From positions 1 through 31,281 of the forward strand of contig CAYWJO010000042.1 of the NCBI GenBank assembly GCA_964458565.1: a stretch of 31,281 nt of DNA. Direction: 5' to 3'. Below, in pieces: positions 26,020-31,281 of this stretch. Made by a program: the position numbers and the translations under genes. Every line of letters starts with the position of its first letter. Within the stretch, counting starts at the first letter, position 1. This DNA is from an uncultured archaeon (GTDB lineage Archaea; Asgardarchaeota; Thorarchaeia; Thorarchaeales; Thorarchaeaceae). Under the pieces are notes generated by a model, which saw only the letters and a list, made by a program, of their open reading frames with translations, did not search any database and was not told the origin of the DNA.

Positions 26020-27339
26020 TTATATTATAACATTCTCAATTTCAACGTCACGCTCTTTTATGCTAAGAGCTTTCGTTGATATCTTTTTACCACCGAATAA
26101 TTCCGCGTCTTTTTGTTTGCGATATAGTGCATCTGCGATTCTTGCTAGAGCATCTGCCTTCATAATCCCTGAGCCACTAGCACCATTAACAACTAGCACT
26201 CCACATTCTTCGTAGACAAAGGGGATTGCATCTGGAGCATAGCAGTAACCACCTGCCCAGCTATTCACAGGTCGTGTGTCTTTAAATGCGGGGAAGTATT
26301 TTGATAATACCGGATACATGCTATTCTCGTAGTATGCGCTTTCAGGAATTAGATCATCATCTGTCTGAATGTACTTGTACGCTCTACCTATCTTGTCACC
26401 ACAACCAATCCAGAATCCCTTTTCTTGTAATTGAGGTCTGAAATATACTCCTGCTGATGGAAGTATTGTGAATGGAATGCAATTAAGATCATTGAATCCT
26501 TTTGAGAATAGTAAATCGTGAAGTTGTTTCTTATCTTCTGCATGGATGACAAATAATTGGCGTTTCTTGGCTTTTGTCCCACTATTGATACCTATTGGAT
26601 CTAGGAGTTCATTTGCCCAGGCACCTGTTGCTAGCACAACAGTTTCTGAACGTAACTCTTCGCTTTTTTCGGTAATTACTCCATTCACTTTTTTATTCTG
26701 CCATACATAAGGTTCGCCAGGAAGATCCAACTTGGGGTCCGCTTCAAGAATCAGTTTTTTGACATTCACTCCAAAACGTGGTTTGATATGTGTGATTTTT
26801 TTGAATTCTTCAAAATAATACTCAACTAATCTGGTCGGATCAAGTACACCACAGTCTCCACCATAGAGACCATAGTCTACCTCCTTGAGATTCATCAATT
26901 CTACTTCTTCATCATTCTCAAAATTAAGATTAAGACCAGGTATCATATCTTGTAGCTGCTCTTTATTGTAAACCTTAAAACTGATCCCCGATTTGTCCAT
27001 TCTTTCCATCCAAGTCTTAACATTTGAGCTTTCAAATTGCTCTTCATTGAGAAGCCAAAGATAACCTGTTTTTTCAAACATTAGCTCATACCCTAAATCA
27101 TTCTGAACATGCTCAAAATACTTGATTGAGGAGTCGGTCAGCATTTGGTTTGTTGATGATGCAAACATGTTTCTGACGGCTGCAGCACTCATAGCTGTGT
27201 TAGCCTGACCTGCCGCAAGATATCTATCCACGAGAAGTATCTTCTTCTCAGGATTGTTTTTTTGGATATGAAATGCTGTGGCTACGCCGAGAACTCCAGC
27301 ACCTACTACAATGATATCAAAAGTTTCCGAGTCAGACAT
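26020..27339 (-). CDS. FAD-dependent amino-acid oxidoreductase (DAO family; dye-linked proline dehydrogenase-like)
   Basis: VVGAGVLG, T..SAA..R..F, VLATGAW, WAG.Y and G.SGSGIMKAD. Confidence 0.85.
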   Translation of the reverse strand: MSDSETFDIIVVGAGVLGVATAFHIQKNNPEKKILLVDRYLAAGQANTAMSAAAVRNMFASSTNQMLTDSSIKYFEHVQNDLGYELMFEKTGYLWLLNEEQFESSNVKTWMERMDKSGISFKVYNKEQLQDMIPGLNLNFENDEEVELMNLKEVDYGLYGGDCGVLDPTRLVEYYFEEFKKITHIKPRFGVNVKKLILEADPKLDLPGEPYVWQNKKVNGVITEKSEELRSETVVLATGAWANELLDPIGINSGTKAKKRQLFVIHAEDKKQLHDLLFSKGFNDLNCIPFTILPSAGVYFRPQLQEKGFWIGCGDKIGRAYKYIQTDDDLIPESAYYENSMYPVLSKYFPAFKDTRPVNSWAGGYCYAPDAIPFVYEECGVLVVNGASGSGIMKADALARIADALYRKQKDAELFGGKKISTKALSIKERDVEIENVII

Positions 27340-27443
27340 GATGTCAATCTCCTTGGCGCACTCGCGAGAGGCTGATGCATCTAAAATGCTTTCTGTTTGA
27401 CAACTGCATATAGATTATGTTGAATCGTAGATGATATCACTAC

Positions 27444-28280
27444 CTACGAAACAGGTGGTGGGACAATAATCTGGTATCTGAGATTGAACATTTCTTTGAG
27501 AAACAATCTTGAAACGAGCTCTGCATCTACAACCTGAGCAAGAAATATCATGATGAAAACAATTACTTGGTAAAATGCCGCAAACAGAGGGTTAGCTCCA
27601 CCTATTATCATACCTGACATCAACCCTGGGATGGTGACGATACCTAATGATGCATATCTATTCAAATTTGGTAGGAGCCCTGTGCGCATAGATTCTTTGA
27701 TTGTCATTTCTGTGGCTTGATATGGAGTTGCACCTAGAGCTAACGCGGTTTCCATTAGAGAACGTTGTTTCTGCGCGTTCGACCACATCCGTTCTATAAC
27801 TAGAGTCGATATATTCATTGCATTGCCAATGACCATCCCTCCCATGGGTATCATGAACTCTCCCAGTTTATAATCCCCTGATGGTGGAATGATTCCAAGC
27901 AGTAAACAGAGTGTGATGACTGATAATCCACCAATGATTATTCCTACAAATGATGGTACAAAGACTCCAGGGATATTCTTCAGATTACTCTTAACTGTAT
28001 AAGCTGCGAAAGAGCACATGAATAACAAGACGATATAGAGGATGAAAACATTCTCCAGAGCAAAAATCTGGATTAGAATTAACGCCATCAGGATAATCTG
28101 TATAGTACCTCTCACGGTACCTATCAAAAGTTTATCAACAATGCCAAGTCGTTGCCATCTCGAAATCATAACTAGAACGACTAGTAAGACCATTGCAGCA
28201 ATATACGCATAGATTGCAGCTAGATTTTCTTCATTAAGTAATATATCTTGGAATGCTTGTATAATCATTTCAAATTGCAT
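27444..28280 (-). CDS. ABC transporter permease, FetB/YbbM (UPF0014) family
   Basis: R.TIQ, IPMGGMVIGNAM, ETALALGAT and LGIVTIPGLMSGMIIGGANP..AA.YQ. Confidence 0.9.
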   Translation of the reverse strand: MQFEMIIQAFQDILLNEENLAAIYAYIAAMVLLVVLVMISRWQRLGIVDKLLIGTVRGTIQIILMALILIQIFALENVFILYIVLLFMCSFAAYTVKSNLKNIPGVFVPSFVGIIIGGLSVITLCLLLGIIPPSGDYKLGEFMIPMGGMVIGNAMNISTLVIERMWSNAQKQRSLMETALALGATPYQATEMTIKESMRTGLLPNLNRYASLGIVTIPGLMSGMIIGGANPLFAAFYQVIVFIMIFLAQVVDAELVSRLFLKEMFNLRYQIIVPPPVS

Positions 28281-28930
28281 TATTGATACCCCTCCAAATC
28301 TATTATTCTGGATGTGAATCTTCTTGCCTGTTCCTTATCATGAGTGACAATTAAAACCCCGATATTTCTACGCTCAACAACTTCATTGATTGTCGTTTCA
28401 ACTGCCATTGTGGACCTTTCGTCTAGTGCAGATGTCGGCTCATCCAGAAGCAGTGCATCAGGTGACAGAAGGAGTGCTCGAGCTATACCGATTCTTTGTT
28501 TTTCTCCCCCTGATAGATTCTCAGCAATCTTGTCTAGAAAGCTTGGTTCAATTTTGACTTCTCTCAGGATTTGCTCTAATTCGGTATCTGAAGATTCTAA
28601 GCCGTTTATCTTTAACCCCCAAAGTAAATTCTCACGCACGGTTCCTGGGAACATTGATGTTTGTTGCGGAACTAGGATTAGTTTTTTCCTAACTTCTCTA
28701 GGATCGCAGTTCATGATATCTTTTCCATTACATTTTATTGTGCCACTTGTAGGCGTAATCAAGTCTATCGCTATTCGAAGAATTGTGCTTTTACCAGAGC
28801 CTGATGGTCCAGTTAGACCTATTACCTCGTTGGGTCTTAATTGAAGCTTTAATCCTCTGAAAAGGTATCTACCATCAAACTCCATTGATACATTTTCTAA
28901 TTCAAGAATAGGTTCAGTTTCAGATATCAT
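28280..28930 (-). CDS. ABC transporter ATP-binding protein, FetA/YbbL-like
   Basis: GPSGSGKST, LSGGEKQR, LLLDEPTSALD and VTHD; 1-nt overlap with the permease gene. Confidence 0.92.
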   Translation of the reverse strand: MISETEPILELENVSMEFDGRYLFRGLKLQLRPNEVIGLTGPSGSGKSTILRIAIDLITPTSGTIKCNGKDIMNCDPREVRKKLILVPQQTSMFPGTVRENLLWGLKINGLESSDTELEQILREVKIEPSFLDKIAENLSGGEKQRIGIARALLLSPDALLLDEPTSALDERSTMAVETTINEVVERRNIGVLIVTHDKEQARRFTSRIIDLEGYQ

Positions 28931-29005
28931 ACAATCCTTACCAAAATATTGCGAACTGATTCATCCTATAAGAGCTGATAATACAAGCATTTCTTGATTA
29001 TCACA

Positions 29006-29614
29006 CTACTCGAGTGATTCTATGATTATTCTTAGTGCTTTAACCTGTGTTTCTAGAGTCATTGTAGCTAAGGAATATTGCTGTTTTTCAAATACTTGAC
29101 TTGGAAGAGGTGGAAGATGTACGAATATTGTCTTTATCTTACTATCAGTAGTTTTTAGCCAATGAAGCACGTTGAATAGAAGCCAATTACATCCATAGGT
29201 CCCCGCATCATAACTAACGAAGGACGGAATCTCCATTTCCCTCAATTTGTTTACAATTGGGTGTGGGTCTATTGTAGAAAAGTATCCTGCTGGTGCCTCG
29301 GGAATAATGATATCTGAATCTGGAATTTTACCCTCATTATCAGGTCTTGTGATATCGAGTGCATTAACCGCTATTCTCTCCAAACTGATAGATGCTCTAG
29401 GAGCTTGACCACAAGATATGATATATTTTAGTTCAATCTGAGTAACGAGATCTTTGATATGCTGAAATCCAGTTTCATAGCTTAGTGGGAGCACTTTTCC
29501 AGTAACTTGAAACTGCCCAATTACTAGACCATCTAAAGACCTCGCTACTTCAGCAGATGGATTAATTTTGTATCCATCGAATGCTTCGAATCCAGTAACA
29601 AGAATACGATTCAT
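29006..29614 (-). CDS. pcp: Pyroglutamyl-peptidase I
   Basis: LVTGFE.F...INPS, GQA, LERIAVN (Glu), AGTYGCN (Cys) and FVHLP (His). Confidence 0.93.
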   Translation of the reverse strand: MNRILVTGFEAFDGYKINPSAEVARSLDGLVIGQFQVTGKVLPLSYETGFQHIKDLVTQIELKYIISCGQAPRASISLERIAVNALDITRPDNEGKIPDSDIIIPEAPAGYFSTIDPHPIVNKLREMEIPSFVSYDAGTYGCNWLLFNVLHWLKTTDSKIKTIFVHLPPLPSQVFEKQQYSLATMTLETQVKALRIIIESLE

Positions 29615-29658
29615 AGAAATTCAAAATATTAACAATGCTCACTCTCAAATAAGTACTG

Positions 29659-30330
29659 TTAATTGAAAATTGCTTGAGTAACAAATACGAGCCCAAGAAA
29701 GACTTGGAAAAATCCTATAGCAACATTGAGCCAATTTATACCCCCAATACCAGCTCTTTTTGAGGCTTCATCTGAGCCTACAGTTAGAACTGCACCAAAA
29801 ATAAAATCTGTGGATATATGGGTCAAGTAAATGAGAAGACCTGCAATAAAAACCGTTTCGACTCCTATCTGCAATTGACTCATTAATAGTGTGACATTCG
29901 CTAATCCAATTCCGAACCACCAGAGGAGAAAATAAGGTGAAAGAATGCTCACTGTTGCACCTTGAAGCGTTGCTTCAACTTTAGTTGTCAGTCCAGTTTC
30001 TTTTTCACTCTCTGAACTCATTGAATCTCGTGTATAGCGATAATCTTTGAGCGCTAGAAATCCAAAGAATATGATTACCATCCCGCCAACAAGAACCATG
30101 GTGTTTATCAGATATTGGTCAAAGAGGAGTGCTTGAACACTCAGAATTATTGCTGCAATAATTCCTACCTCCACGATTGCATGTCCAACCATCGGAAGCA
30201 TCCCATGTAGTCTTCCTCTTTTACTAGCTTGCATGACAACCGCTGCAGATAATGGCCCTGGTGCTAATGCTCCTGTCAGGGATAAGAGAAACCATGCTAG
30301 CAGAATTTCAAATACCGCCATTGTCAACAC
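29659..30330 (-). CDS. LysE family translocator
   Basis: SLTGALAPGPL, GHAIVE and SPYFLLWW; about 6 TMs. Confidence 0.88.
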   Translation of the reverse strand: MLTMAVFEILLAWFLLSLTGALAPGPLSAAVVMQASKRGRLHGMLPMVGHAIVEVGIIAAIILSVQALLFDQYLINTMVLVGGMVIIFFGFLALKDYRYTRDSMSSESEKETGLTTKVEATLQGATVSILSPYFLLWWFGIGLANVTLLMSQLQIGVETVFIAGLLIYLTHISTDFIFGAVLTVGSDEASKRAGIGGINWLNVAIGFFQVFLGLVFVTQAIFN

Positions 30331-30485
30331 GCTATTCTTTCAGTTGAATCTATATCAAAAAAGATGATGATATGTACGTATCTATCTAGATGTTATACAT
30401 GTAATACAATACTCAATTTCGTACTCCTGTAGCAACTCTTAATAGACATTCTATTCAAATCTGCTGCAATCTAGAGGCCATCGAG

Positions 30486-31281
30486 TTGAAACAGGTTCAA
30501 ATCATTATACCGTATGAACAAACGGAGGCTGTATTCAATTTCCTGCTGGACAAACTTCAAGTAAAGAATGTTCTGAAATTGGATATAGATAATGGTCACC
30601 TCCTGCAATTCAGAATTGCTGATGATGCGACAATGGATACGATCGAGAAACTAAAGGTTCTTGGTGTTGGTGTAGAGTTCGGTTTCATAGATATCCTAGA
30701 TCTAAAAGCATCCTTGCCCCGTGAATTAGAAGAAACAGCTAAGGAAAGAGTGATTCAACGTGAAGCTATGTTAGCAGTTGAAGAAATTTACGAGAATGTA
30801 AAATCAGGAGCATCATTGAGTTTTGATTTTCTAGCTTTTGTAATTCTTGCTGCTGCTATGGCTGGATTCGGATTGATTCAGAATAACGTCACTATCATTG
30901 TAGCATCCATGCTTCTTTCACCTCTGATGGGCCCAATGTTGGGAGTCGCCCTAGGATATGTGGTTAGAGATAGGGATCTTTTCATGAAAGGCACATTCAA
31001 TGAAATGATCGCACTTATTCTTTCATTTGCTGTAGGAGCAATTCTTGGTGCAGCAATGCCTCTGATGTATCCATACACACCTGGTATGGTTCAAGTTGTT
31101 GAAACCGATTGGGCCGCGGGTGTACTATCAGAGATTACGCGTAGAGGTGGATTTTCACCACTCGATGTAGGAATAGCTATCTTCTCAGGTGCAGCGATAG
31201 CAATTTCCATAACTAGGGGTGATATGTCGTCCCTTGTAGGTGTCGCAATCTCTGCAGCTCTGATGCCTCCAGCAGTCAATG
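30486..31281 (+). CDS. DUF389/TIGR00341 family membrane protein (3' truncated; absent from the supplied ORF track)
   Basis: TTG start MKQVQIIIP..., open to the window end; GL.QNN...IVASMLLSPLMGP and LVGVAISAALMPPAVN motifs. Confidence 0.9.
   Translation, partial: MKQVQIIIPYEQTEAVFNFLLDKLQVKNVLKLDIDNGHLLQFRIADDATMDTIEKLKVLGVGVEFGFIDILDLKASLPRELEETAKERVIQREAMLAVEEIYENVKSGASLSFDFLAFVILAAAMAGFGLIQNNVTIIVASMLLSPLMGPMLGVALGYVVRDRDLFMKGTFNEMIALILSFAVGAILGAAMPLMYPYTPGMVQVVETDWAAGVLSEITRRGGFSPLDVGIAIFSGAAIAISITRGDMSSLVGVAISAALMPPAVN

Noticed and set aside
30878-31279. Two short minus-strand ORFs at the window end
   Set aside because: Shadows of the + strand DUF389 gene starting at 30486.

Overview
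Gene-dense, AT-rich archaeal chromosomal segment, most consistent with an Asgard archaeon (Thorarchaeia-like). This is inferred from two tandem Rab-like small GTPases without prenylation motifs, an archaeal ATP-dependent DNA ligase, a LipS2-type lipoyl synthase, and GGAGGTGA-type ribosome binding sites with many TTG starts. Left to right: the 3' end of a GGR-like flavoprotein, an M23-like Zn hydrolase, lipS2 and a bipartite lipoate ligase; DNA ligase; a charged coiled-coil protein and an HExxH membrane protease; a structured intergenic RNA candidate; small wHTH and long coiled-coil/wHTH proteins; cupin; ATP-grasp; a phosphate locus (pstSCAB-phoU, a divergent Na/Pi symporter and a second phoU) enclosing a Zn-ribbon protein, a TIM-barrel protein and the GTPase pair; an orphan DNA methyltransferase; GNAT; a PIP-box/Zn-ribbon protein; a small islet with a chimeric DUF4256 gene; pfkA; corA; an FAD amino-acid oxidoreductase; a FetAB-like ABC pair; pcp; a LysE exporter; and a partial DUF389 gene. 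I found no rRNA, tRNA, CRISPR array, transposase or integrase. All family calls come from recognising motifs by eye, not from database searches.
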